DNA from: Synechococcus sp. A15-28
Lineage (GTDB): Bacteria > Cyanobacteriota > Cyanobacteriia > PCC-6307 > Cyanobiaceae
Reading direction: 5' to 3'
NCBI RefSeq assembly: GCF_014280175.1
Contig: NZ_CP047931.1
Coordinates: forward strand, 210,001 to 242,000
Length of the DNA: 32,000 nucleotides
Shown here in pieces: positions 8,283 to 16,869 of this stretch. Made by a program: the position numbers and the translations under genes. Each line of letters starts with the position of its first letter. Position 1 is the first letter of the stretch. Below the pieces are notes generated by a model. The model was not told where the DNA came from and did not search any database. It was given only the letters and a program-made list of their open reading frames with translations.

Positions 8283-9313
8283 GCTGCCGATCGATAGCCC
8301 ATCGGGTTGGCCTGCTGCCAGGCCCAGCCATCGCGGCACATCTCCTCGAGGCCTCGGCGTGCCCTCCAGCCCAGCACTGCTTCCGCCTGACGGGGACAGG
8401 CCTGCAGCCTGGGCACATCACCGGGCCGGCGGGCGACCACCTCGTAGGGAATGGTGAGGCCCGTGGCCGTTTCAAAACCCTGGATCACATCGAGCACGCT
8501 GAGTCCGGTGCCCGTGCCGATGTTCAGGGTCAGCTGGGTGGGCGACTCCTGGTTGAGCAGGTGGTTGAGGGTGACGCCATGGGCTTCCGCCAGATCCATC
8601 ACATGCAGGTAGTCGCGGATGCCGGTGCCGTCCGGCGTGGGGTAGTCCTGTCCAAATACCCGGAGTGTGTCCCGCCGTCCCGCTGCCACCTGGGTGATGA
8701 AGGGAAACAGGTTGTTGGGAACCCCAAGGGGGTCTTCCCCGATGCGGCCGCTGGGGTGGGCGCCCACCGGGTTGAAGTAGCGCAGGCAACCCACCCGCCA
8801 GGGCCCGGAGCGGCAAAGCGCTCCAAGCATCTGCTCCACGGCGAGTTTGGTCTGGGCGTAGGGATGCACCGGGGCGGTGGTCATCCCCTCGTGGAGTGGA
8901 AACTCTTCGGGCTCTCCATACACGGTGGAGGTGCTGCTGAACACGAGGGTTCGACAGCCGTGCCGTTCCATGGCCGCCGCCAGCACCCGGCTGCCGTTGA
9001 GGTTCACATCCCAGTAGCGCAGTGGGTCGGCCACCGATTCCCCCACCGCCTTGAGACCGGCGAAATGAATCACGCCATCCACTGGCCCATCGCAGCGGAA
9101 GGCATGATCCAGCACATCGGGGTCCCGCAGATCCCCCTCCACAAGCTGAAGGGCATCGGATGCTGCCAACGCCTTCACCCGTCGCAGGGCTTCCGGGCTG
9201 CTGTTGTCGAAGTTGTCCACCACCACAAGGGAGTGGCCCTGCTCCAACAGCACGAGAGCGGTATGGCTGCCGATGAAACCAGCCCCACCGGTGATCAGGA
9301 TCCTGCATGTCAT
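8279..9313 (-). CDS. galE: UDP-glucose 4-epimerase
   Basis: 'ILITGGAGFIGSH' Rossmann motif, catalytic 'YAQTKLAVE' (YxxxK), GalE-like length (344 aa) and overall pattern. Confidence 0.85.
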   Translation of the reverse strand: MTCRILITGGAGFIGSHTALVLLEQGHSLVVVDNFDNSSPEALRRVKALAASDALQLVEGDLRDPDVLDHAFRCDGPVDGVIHFAGLKAVGESVADPLRYWDVNLNGSRVLAAAMERHGCRTLVFSSTSTVYGEPEEFPLHEGMTTAPVHPYAQTKLAVEQMLGALCRSGPWRVGCLRYFNPVGAHPSGRIGEDPLGVPNNLFPFITQVAAGRRDTLRVFGQDYPTPDGTGIRDYLHVMDLAEAHGVTLNHLLNQESPTQLTLNIGTGTGLSVLDVIQGFETATGLTIPYEVVARRPGDVPRLQACPRQAEAVLGWRARRGLEEMCRDGWAWQQANPMGYRSAA

Positions 9314-9403
9314 GGGGCGTGGGGTGCGCGTTGCCTGATTGTGGAGCAGGTCAGAGCCGGAACAGGTGTTTGCACTTAGTGTTCGGCCACCAGTGAACGA
9401 TGC

Positions 9404-10159
9404 GTGGAAGGCGGAACGACGCTCCCTGAGCTGAGGCGAGCCATTGGTGCCGACGGCAGAACTCTTTTACGGAAGTACAACCTGCTGAAACCCCTGGTGG
9501 AACAGATGATCACCAGCGAAGCCATCGCTGGTGTCGAGGTTTCCGCTGAAGCTCTCGAGAAAGCCAAGCTCGAGCTCCTGGATCAGCGGGGCTTCGAGAC
9601 CATGGAGCAGTGGTCGGAGATGCTCGCGGATCTGGGGCGGACCGATGAGGAAGTGATCGATCGGCTTGAGCGGGTGATCCGACGCCAGGAATACATCAGG
9701 GAGCGGTTCGCTCCCAAGGCTGAAGCGCGGTTCCTCGAGCGCAAAAACGAACTGGATCAGGTGGTCTACAGCCTCCTGCGACTGGCCAACAACTTCTTGG
9801 CCCGTGAGTTGTACCTCCAGATCGAGTCAGGGGAGTCCAACTTCGCCGATCTGGCCAAGCGTTACGCCGAAGGGCCAGAGCGCAACACCAACGGCATCGT
9901 CGGTCCGGTGTCGATGACCCAGGCCCATCCCGTTCTGGTCGAAAAGCTGCGGGTGGCCCAACCTGGCGTCCTGCTGGAGCCGTTCCGGATCGCTGATTGG
10001 TGGCTGGTGGTGCGGCTGGAGCGCTATTCCCCTGCCACCTTCACGCCTGAGGTGTCGGATCGAATGTGCCGGGAAATGTTTGATGCCTGGATCGAGGAGG
10101 AAACCGCCACTACCTTGAGCCGGCTTGAAGGCGAGTTCAGCGACTTCAGTATTTCCTGA
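9404..10159 (+). CDS. Parvulin (PpiC)-type peptidyl-prolyl isomerase-like protein, no signal peptide
   Basis: The C-terminal ~90 aa align by eye to Par10: 'ARELYLQIESGESNFADLAKRYA' vs '[22 protein letters not shown]'. The N-terminal helical region is SurA/PrsA-like. GTG start is uncertain. The stop overlaps the ABC gene ATG by 1 nt. Confidence 0.6.
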   Translation: MEGGTTLPELRRAIGADGRTLLRKYNLLKPLVEQMITSEAIAGVEVSAEALEKAKLELLDQRGFETMEQWSEMLADLGRTDEEVIDRLERVIRRQEYIRERFAPKAEARFLERKNELDQVVYSLLRLANNFLARELYLQIESGESNFADLAKRYAEGPERNTNGIVGPVSMTQAHPVLVEKLRVAQPGVLLEPFRIADWWLVVRLERYSPATFTPEVSDRMCREMFDAWIEEETATTLSRLEGEFSDFSIS

Positions 10160-13077
10160 TGACCCAGTCCCCTCCCTTCCCACTGCTCAAGCACCCTGCC
10201 TTCCAGGACTTGTCCGATGCCGCTTTGTCGCGGTTGCAAGGCTCCACCAAGTTGCTGCGTTTCGAGCTGGGTCAGCAGCTGTGCGAGCCGGATGACATCC
10301 CGGCCAGGATCCTGGTGTTGCTCAAGGGTCAGGCCCGTCTTGTGGGTCGTCATAACGGCCGCCTTACCACCGTCGGCAAATTTGGCCCGGGCAGTGTGAT
10401 CGGTGCCGCCAGCCTGCTCTGCGGCAGTGCTTGCGAGAACGTGATCGCCTCGGACGAAGTGATCGCCTGCGCGATTTCCGATGAAGAGTGGACCCAGCTC
10501 TACGGCGAGGAGGAGTCGTTCCGCCTCTGGTGCGACGAGCAGCTCTGGCCGCAGGAACTGCTGGCGTTGCTGGAGGTCCTCGAGGAGGGAACGGCAGAGA
10601 CCGAAAGCTCCGCCCTCGAGCAGCTTGAGCAGATGTTTAAGACTGCCAAACGCTGCCGCCCTGATGCAGAGGCGATTGATGCGGCGTTGGCGACAGGTGG
10701 CCGGCTGCACCTCACCAGCTGCTGGGGGGACGCCACGGTTGGCCAGCCCATTCGAGCGGTCACCGATCTCCCCTCGACGGTTCGTTTCGGTCCACGGCTT
10801 GTGCTGGTCCCTGGCTCGTCCGAGGCCAGCGTTGCGCAGGAGCCCGGCGGCGATCTCGTACCCGTCAATGCTGTTGAGGATGCTGAGCTGCTCCCACCGG
10901 TGAGTCGCTACAGCCCAGAGCGCAACGTGGTGGACAGCCTGAGGCTGATCCGCGCTGAAGGCCCGATCCAGGAAACGCTGGCCTGCTTCCAGATGCTGGC
11001 CCAATTGATGAAGCTGCCGTTCCGGCGCGATTCAATCGAGAAGGTTCTGCAGGACAACCTGCGTCGCGGTCTCACCCCCAACCTTCAGCTCTGCGGCCAG
11101 TTGGCGGCCAGCCTCGGACTTCACGTCATGGCGGCGAAGGTGCCAGCCGTGGCGGGCACCCGCCTGCAGGTGCCATCGATGGTTCCCTGGCAGGGCGGGT
11201 TCGCCCTGGTGGTGGCCAGCAACGAACAGGGCCTGAAGCTCGCCTCGCCGAAACACGGCATGGTCACGTTGGGTCCCACTGACCTGGCGGATTGTTTCCC
11301 CGAGGGCATCGAACTGCTCCTCATGGAGCGATCCAATGCCACCCCCGATCAGAAGTTCGGTCCGGGTTGGTTCTGGCCGGCTCTCAAGCGCTACCGGGGT
11401 GTGCTGATCCAGGTGCTGGCGGCCAGTTTCGTGGTGCAGTTGTTCACCCTGGCCAACCCCCTGCTGATTCAGGTGATCATCGACAAGGTGATCAGCCAGC
11501 GCAGCCTGGACACGCTGCAGGTGCTGGGCATCGCCCTGGTGGTGGTGACGATTCTGGAAGGGGTGCTGGGCAGCCTCAAGACGTTCCTGTTTGCTGAAAC
11601 CACGAACCGGATCGATCAGCGCCTCGGCGCCGAAGTGATCGACCACCTGCTGCGCCTTCCCCTGGGTTATTTCGACCGCCGCCCGGTGGGTGAGCTCGGC
11701 ACCCGGGTGGCCGAGCTCGAGAAGATCCGCAATTTCCTCACGGGTCAGGCGCTCACCACGATCCTGGATGCCGCCTTCTCGGTGATCTACATCCTGGTGA
11801 TGGTGGTCTACAGCTTGCTGCTCACCCTGATCGCCCTGTCCGTGCTGCCGATTCAGATCGGACTCACGGTGCTGGGGGCTCCGCTGTTCCGCCGTCAGTT
11901 CCGTGCTGCCGCGGAGGAGAACGCCAAGACCCAGAGCCATCTCGTGGAAGTGCTCACGGGCATCCAGACGGTGAAGGCCCAGAACGTGGAGATGGTCAGC
12001 CGTTGGCGGTGGCAGGAGTTTTATTCCCAGTACATCGCCCGCACGTTTGAGAAGACGATCACCGGCACGGCTCTGAACCAGACCAGCCAGGTGCTGCAGA
12101 AGATCTCCCAGCTGATGGTGCTCTGGATCGGCGCCTCGATGGTGCTCAGCGGTGATCTGACCCTGGGCCAGCTGATCGCGTTCCGCATCATTTCCGGTTA
12201 TGTCACCCAGCCGCTGCTGCGGTTGTCGACGATCTGGCAGAGCATCCAGGAACTGCGGGTGAGCTTTGAGCGTCTCGCTGACGTGATTGACACCCCTGAG
12301 GAATCCGATGAGGTGGATAAATCCAAGGTGATGCTGCCTCCGTTGCAGGGGGAGGTGCGGTTCGAGGATCTGTCCTTCCGCTTCCGTCCCGGACAACCGG
12401 AGGTGTTGAAGGACATCAACCTGGAGATCAAGGCCGGCACATTCGTTGGCATCGTCGGCCAGAGCGGCAGCGGCAAGAGCACTCTGATGAAGTTGCTGCC
12501 GCGGCTGTATGAGCCCGGTGAGGGCCGGATCCTGATCGACGGCTACGACATCGCCAAGGTGGAGCTGTATTCGCTCCGCCGCCAGATCGGCATCGTGCCC
12601 CAGGATCCGCTGCTGTTCAGCGGCACCGTCAGCGAGAACATCGCCCTGACGAATCCAGAGGCTTCCAGCGAGGAGATCGTTCGGGCGGCTCAGTTGGCCA
12701 ATGCCCACGATTTCATCATGGAACTCCCCAGCGGCTACAGCACGCCGGTGGGCGAACGCGGCGCTTCCCTGAGTGGTGGCCAGCGTCAGCGGGTGGCGAT
12801 TGCCAGGACCCTGCTGAGCAATCCCAAGTTGCTCGTCATGGACGAAGCCACCAGCGCCCTCGACTATGAAACCGAGCGCAAGGTCTGCGACAACCTGCTG
12901 GAGAACCTGGACGACCAGACGGTGTTCTTCATCACCCATCGTCTGTCCACCATCCGTCAGGCCGATGTGATTGTCATGCTGCACCAGGGCGCCGTGGTGG
13001 AAGTCGGCACCCATGAGGAGTTGATGAATCACCGGGGTCGCTACTACGCCCTATACCGCCAGCAGGAGAGCACCTGA
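10159..13077 (+). CDS. Type I secretion-type ABC exporter (HlyB family) with N-terminal cNMP-binding-like and C39-like domains
   Basis: 972 aa. CAP/cNMP-like fold at about aa 10-120, C39-like region at about aa 265-400, and a 6-TM ABC membrane domain. Walker A 'GQSGSGKST', signature 'LSGGQRQRVAIAR', Walker B 'LLVMDEATSALD', H-loop 'ITHRL'. Confidence 0.9.
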   Translation: MTQSPPFPLLKHPAFQDLSDAALSRLQGSTKLLRFELGQQLCEPDDIPARILVLLKGQARLVGRHNGRLTTVGKFGPGSVIGAASLLCGSACENVIASDEVIACAISDEEWTQLYGEEESFRLWCDEQLWPQELLALLEVLEEGTAETESSALEQLEQMFKTAKRCRPDAEAIDAALATGGRLHLTSCWGDATVGQPIRAVTDLPSTVRFGPRLVLVPGSSEASVAQEPGGDLVPVNAVEDAELLPPVSRYSPERNVVDSLRLIRAEGPIQETLACFQMLAQLMKLPFRRDSIEKVLQDNLRRGLTPNLQLCGQLAASLGLHVMAAKVPAVAGTRLQVPSMVPWQGGFALVVASNEQGLKLASPKHGMVTLGPTDLADCFPEGIELLLMERSNATPDQKFGPGWFWPALKRYRGVLIQVLAASFVVQLFTLANPLLIQVIIDKVISQRSLDTLQVLGIALVVVTILEGVLGSLKTFLFAETTNRIDQRLGAEVIDHLLRLPLGYFDRRPVGELGTRVAELEKIRNFLTGQALTTILDAAFSVIYILVMVVYSLLLTLIALSVLPIQIGLTVLGAPLFRRQFRAAAEENAKTQSHLVEVLTGIQTVKAQNVEMVSRWRWQEFYSQYIARTFEKTITGTALNQTSQVLQKISQLMVLWIGASMVLSGDLTLGQLIAFRIISGYVTQPLLRLSTIWQSIQELRVSFERLADVIDTPEESDEVDKSKVMLPPLQGEVRFEDLSFRFRPGQPEVLKDINLEIKAGTFVGIVGQSGSGKSTLMKLLPRLYEPGEGRILIDGYDIAKVELYSLRRQIGIVPQDPLLFSGTVSENIALTNPEASSEEIVRAAQLANAHDFIMELPSGYSTPVGERGASLSGGQRQRVAIARTLLSNPKLLVMDEATSALDYETERKVCDNLLENLDDQTVFFITHRLSTIRQADVIVMLHQGAVVEVGTHEELMNHRGRYYALYRQQEST

Positions 13078-13079
13078 CC

Positions 13080-14270
13080 ATGAAGCTCAATCCGTTCAGG
13101 CGCAACACCGCCGCCTCCAACCAGGACTCCTCTGTTTTCGTCACCTACGACGAATCGGTGCTGCAGCAGGGTCGTTTCTGGATGAAGACCGTCACCTGGA
13201 CCTTGATCGGCACCACGGTGTTTGGCGTGGCCTGGCTGGCGCTGGCTCGCACCGAGGAGATCGTCGTGGCCCCTGGCCAGTTGGAGCCAGTCGGTTCTGT
13301 TCAGGACATCCAGATGCCTGTGGGTGGCGTAGCGGATCAGATCCTGGTGAAGGAAGGGGATGCTGTGAAGGCTGGTCAGGTGTTGATGAAATTGGACACC
13401 GAAGCCTCTGAAGAACAGCGTCTCAGCCTTGAGAAAACCATCAAACTCAAGCAGGAGCAGCTGCGTCTCAAGGACCAGGAAAAGCAGAGATACCTCCAAG
13501 TGAACAACGAGGAGGTCCAGATGTTGGAAAACAACCTTGAGCTGCAGTCCGAGATCCTCGAACGATTCGAGGAGTTGGAGGAGGCTGGGGCGACCTCCGA
13601 GCTGCAATACCTCAGCCAGCAGAACGCCGTGGAGGAGACCCGCGGCCGTCTGTTGCAGACCAAGGCAGACCGCCTCCGGCAAGTGGCGCTGCTGGAGCAG
13701 CAGGTGGCGCAGCTCAACTCGGAACTGGCCGATCTGACGGGCCGCCTGGCGGAAGCAAGGGTCACGCTGCGCTATCAGCAATTGAAATCCCCTGTCGATG
13801 GGGTGATCTTTGATCTTCAGCCCACATCAGCTGGCTTCACCGCCCAGTCCACCCAGACCGTGATGAAGGTGGTTCCTTACGGCTCCCTGGAAGCCAAGGT
13901 GGAAGTGCCGAGCAACAAGATCGGTTTTGTCACGGTGCCACCCGGATGTCCCAAGGATCTGGAGAGCTGCATGAAAGCCGACATCAGCATCGATTCCTAT
14001 CCATCAACGGATTTCGGCGTGTTGGAAGGGAAGGTGACGCGCATCGGTTCTGATGCTCTGCCGCCGGACCCCCAGGAGCAACGTCAGGAACTGAGCTTCC
14101 CCGTCACCGTCAAGCTCGATCAGCAGACGCTGGAGCTGAAAAGCGGCACGGCACTGCCGCTGCAGGTGGGCATGAGCCTGACGGCCAACATCAAGCTGCG
14201 CAAGGTCTCATACCTGCAGCTGCTGCTGGGTGAGTTTCAGGACAAGGCTGAATCGCTGCAGCGCCTCTGA
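13080..14270 (+). CDS. HlyD-family type I secretion periplasmic adaptor (membrane fusion protein)
   Basis: Single N-terminal TM 'VTWTLIGTTVFGVAWLALA', lipoyl-like 'VKEGDAVKAGQVLMKLD', a long heptad coiled coil, then 'LKSPVDGVIFDL' and a beta-barrel tail. It starts 2 nt after the ABC stop. Confidence 0.85.
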   Translation: MKLNPFRRNTAASNQDSSVFVTYDESVLQQGRFWMKTVTWTLIGTTVFGVAWLALARTEEIVVAPGQLEPVGSVQDIQMPVGGVADQILVKEGDAVKAGQVLMKLDTEASEEQRLSLEKTIKLKQEQLRLKDQEKQRYLQVNNEEVQMLENNLELQSEILERFEELEEAGATSELQYLSQQNAVEETRGRLLQTKADRLRQVALLEQQVAQLNSELADLTGRLAEARVTLRYQQLKSPVDGVIFDLQPTSAGFTAQSTQTVMKVVPYGSLEAKVEVPSNKIGFVTVPPGCPKDLESCMKADISIDSYPSTDFGVLEGKVTRIGSDALPPDPQEQRQELSFPVTVKLDQQTLELKSGTALPLQVGMSLTANIKLRKVSYLQLLLGEFQDKAESLQRL

Positions 14271-14276
14271 GCCCAG

Positions 14277-15527
14277 ATGCGAATCCTTTTCGTTCATCAG
14301 AACTTCCCTGGCCAGTACGTCCACATCATTCAGCGGCTCGCTCAGCAGGGGCAGCATCAGCTGGTGGCCCTTGGCATCAATGCTCTTGATCGTGGTCGCG
14401 GCATTCCCGAGAGCCTTAACCATTTCCGTTACGGCCTCGATCGCGGCAACACCCCAGGAGGCCATCCCTTAGTGATGGAGACTGAATCCAAGATCATTCG
14501 TGCTGAGGGCTGTGCCCGTGCTGCTGAGCAGCTCAAGGCGAAGGGCTTCACACCTGATTTGATCTGTGCCCATCCCGGTTGGGGTGAATCACTTTTTCTC
14601 AAGGGGATCTGGCCGGGATCGCCTCTGCTTTGTTACCAGGAGTTTTTTTACAACGAGCACGGTTTCGATTCCAATTTCGATCCCGAGTTTTCGGACGAAC
14701 GTAATTGGCAGGCTCAGGCAAAATTAACCATGAAGAATGCCTATCTGCACCTGACTCTGGAACAGGCGGACTGGAACGTTTCGCCCACGCAATTTCAGGC
14801 CAGCAGCTTCCCGGAGCATTGGCGGCGCCGGATCAGCGTGATCCACGACGGTGTGGACACCCGAAAGGCCATTCCCAATCCAGCACCAGCCTCGCTCAAG
14901 CTTCCAGATGGCACCGTTTTGGAGAAAGGCCAACCGATCGTCACCTTTGTGAATCGACGATTGGAGCCCTATCGCGGATGTCACACCTTCCTGCGAGCGA
15001 TTCCCGACCTCCAGCGCCAAGCACCGGATGCGCGCCTTGTGATCGTCGGTGAAGGCAAAGGTGTGAGTTACGGCTCGGCTTGCCCAGAGGGTGAATGGAA
15101 GGACCGATTTTTGGCGGAGATAGAGGGGCAATACGACCCAAGCCGTGTGCATTTCACCGGCACGCTTCCTTACAGCCAGTTCATTCCTCTTCTGCAGCTC
15201 AGTGCTTGTCACGTTTACCTCACCTATCCCTTCGTGATGAGTTGGAGCCTGCTGGAGGCCATGGCCTGCGGTTGTGCGGTGGTGGGGTCCGATACAGCTC
15301 CGGTACGGGAGGTGATTTGCCATGGCGAGAACGGGTTGCTGGTGGATTTCTTTTCCCCGGCGGATCTGGCGTCAGCGGTGGCTGAGCAGCTTCGGGACCG
15401 TGAAAGGGCTACGGCCTTTGGTCAGGCAGCACGACGAACGGTGGAACGCACCTACGACCTTGATGCTTGTGTGACGCGACATCTGGCACTGATGGATCTG
15501 GTGGCCAGCGGCAGCATCAACCCTTGA
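14277..15527 (+). CDS. Glycosyltransferase, GT-B fold, family 4 (group 1)-like
   Basis: 'MRILFVHQNFPGQY' N-terminus. The C-terminal half has the GT4-type 'SWSLLEAMACGCAVVGSDTAPVREVICHGENGLLV' (E-x7-E region). It starts 6 nt after the hlyD stop. Confidence 0.75.
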   Translation: MRILFVHQNFPGQYVHIIQRLAQQGQHQLVALGINALDRGRGIPESLNHFRYGLDRGNTPGGHPLVMETESKIIRAEGCARAAEQLKAKGFTPDLICAHPGWGESLFLKGIWPGSPLLCYQEFFYNEHGFDSNFDPEFSDERNWQAQAKLTMKNAYLHLTLEQADWNVSPTQFQASSFPEHWRRRISVIHDGVDTRKAIPNPAPASLKLPDGTVLEKGQPIVTFVNRRLEPYRGCHTFLRAIPDLQRQAPDARLVIVGEGKGVSYGSACPEGEWKDRFLAEIEGQYDPSRVHFTGTLPYSQFIPLLQLSACHVYLTYPFVMSWSLLEAMACGCAVVGSDTAPVREVICHGENGLLVDFFSPADLASAVAEQLRDRERATAFGQAARRTVERTYDLDACVTRHLALMDLVASGSINP

Positions 15528-15575
15528 GCAGTGGCATCAGGGGGCAGACTGAGCCGCTGTACCTGCACCCGAGTC

Positions 15576-16868
15576 GTGAGTCAGCTGCAGAGCCTCAGGG
15601 GCATGGTGGATCTGCTGCCGCAGACTCTGCAGCGGTGGCAGGCCGTGGAAGCCGTCGCCCGGGAGCATTTCCGCTGCTCCGGTTTCGGTGAAATCCGCAC
15701 GCCGTTGCTGGAAACCACCGATCTCTTCTGCCGTGGCATTGGCGAAGGCACCGATGTGGTGGGCAAGGAGATGTACAGCTTCACAGACCGCGGTGATCGC
15801 GCTTGCACCCTGCGGCCGGAGGGCACCGCCTCAGTTGTAAGGGCAACATTGCAGCACGGGCTGTTGAGCCAGGGCGCCCAGAAGTTCTGGTACGCCGGCC
15901 CGATGTTCCGCTACGAGCGGCCCCAGGCCGGGCGCCAGCGCCAGTTCCATCAGATCGGTGTGGAGTGGCTGGGGGCGGAGAGCGCCCGCAGCGATGTTGA
16001 GGTGATTGCCCTCGCCTGGGATCTGTTGGCCCGGTTGGGGGTGGGTGGCCTCGAGCTGGAGATCAACAGCCTGGGTTCGCCGGAGGATCGGAGGGCCTAC
16101 CGGGCGGCTCTGGTGAGCTGGCTGGAGCAGCGGCTGGACCAACTGGACGACGACTCCCGCGCCCGACTCACCACCAATCCCCTGCGCATTCTCGATTCTA
16201 AAAACAAGGACACCCAGGCCTTGCTTGAGCAGGCGCCCACCCTGGGCGATGCCCTCAGTCCCGAGAGTCGGCAGCGCTTTGCTGACGTGCAGCAGGGGCT
16301 CACGGCCCTGGGCATTCCCTTCCGGCTCAATCCGCGGCTGGTGCGGGGGCTGGATTACTACGGCCACACCGCCTTCGAGATCACCAGCGATCAACTGGGG
16401 GCGCAGGCCACCGTCTGCGGTGGTGGGCGATACGACGGTTTGATCGCTCAACTGGGTGGAGCGGCCACGCCGGCCATCGGCTGGGCCCTGGGCATGGAGC
16501 GGCTGTTGCTGGTGCTGGAGGCAGCGGCGAAGGCTGATCCGCATGGAGTGGCCGCGCAGCTGGTGGGTGCACCAGCCCCTGATGCCTATGTGGTCAATCG
16601 CGGCGAACTGGCGGAGACCATGGCGCTGAAGCTCGCGCGGGGCCTGCGGGCTGCAGGTTTGACCGTGGAGCTGGATGGGTCGGGTTCCGCCTTCGGCAAG
16701 CAGTTCAAGCGGGCCGATCGCTGCGGTGCCCCCTGGGCTCTGGTGCTGGGTGACGATGAAGCAGCCCGCGCTGAGGTGCGTCTCAAGCCGCTGCAGCACA
16801 AGGGTGAAGAACGGTCCTGGGCAGTCGACGACATTGCCGCGATCGTGGAGGCGCTGCGCAACCCCTGA
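15576..16868 (+). CDS. hisS: Histidine--tRNA ligase
   Basis: 'LRGMVDLLP', motif 2 '[19 protein letters not shown]' and motif 3 'GGGRYDGL'. GTG 15576 is chosen because it leaves about 7 aa before RGM, as in E. coli HisS. The ORF-track start 15531 (GTG) and ATG 15603 are alternatives. Confidence 0.9.
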   Translation: MSQLQSLRGMVDLLPQTLQRWQAVEAVAREHFRCSGFGEIRTPLLETTDLFCRGIGEGTDVVGKEMYSFTDRGDRACTLRPEGTASVVRATLQHGLLSQGAQKFWYAGPMFRYERPQAGRQRQFHQIGVEWLGAESARSDVEVIALAWDLLARLGVGGLELEINSLGSPEDRRAYRAALVSWLEQRLDQLDDDSRARLTTNPLRILDSKNKDTQALLEQAPTLGDALSPESRQRFADVQQGLTALGIPFRLNPRLVRGLDYYGHTAFEITSDQLGAQATVCGGGRYDGLIAQLGGAATPAIGWALGMERLLLVLEAAAKADPHGVAAQLVGAPAPDAYVVNRGELAETMALKLARGLRAAGLTVELDGSGSAFGKQFKRADRCGAPWALVLGDDEAARAEVRLKPLQHKGEERSWAVDDIAAIVEALRNP

Positions 16869-16869
16869 G

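Noticed and set aside
7291-8457. A 388-aa + strand ORF across selD/galE.
   Set aside because: It is Arg/Ser/Ala/Pro-rich with no domain signature, and it spans two well-supported - strand genes.
11032-13032. A 666-aa ORF antisense to the ABC exporter.
   Set aside because: It is a typical high-GC shadow ORF. The translation is low-complexity (H/Q/G/R/A/L-rich) with no recognisable motif, while the opposite strand carries complete Walker A, signature and Walker B motifs.
10159-13077. The idea that the ABC protein is a bacteriocin or lanthipeptide (GG-leader) processing exporter, or a cAMP-gated transporter.
   Set aside because: By-eye alignment suggests that the C39 nucleophile Cys and catalytic His, and the cNMP phosphate-binding Glu and Arg, are all replaced. 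No small precursor-peptide ORFs flank the operon. The observation is retained as a degenerate-domain finding instead.
15531-15575. A 15-codon N-terminal extension of hisS from the ORF-track start.
   Set aside because: The extension '[14 protein letters not shown]' has no counterpart in HisS. GTG 15576 reproduces the usual spacing before the 'RGMxDxLP' motif.
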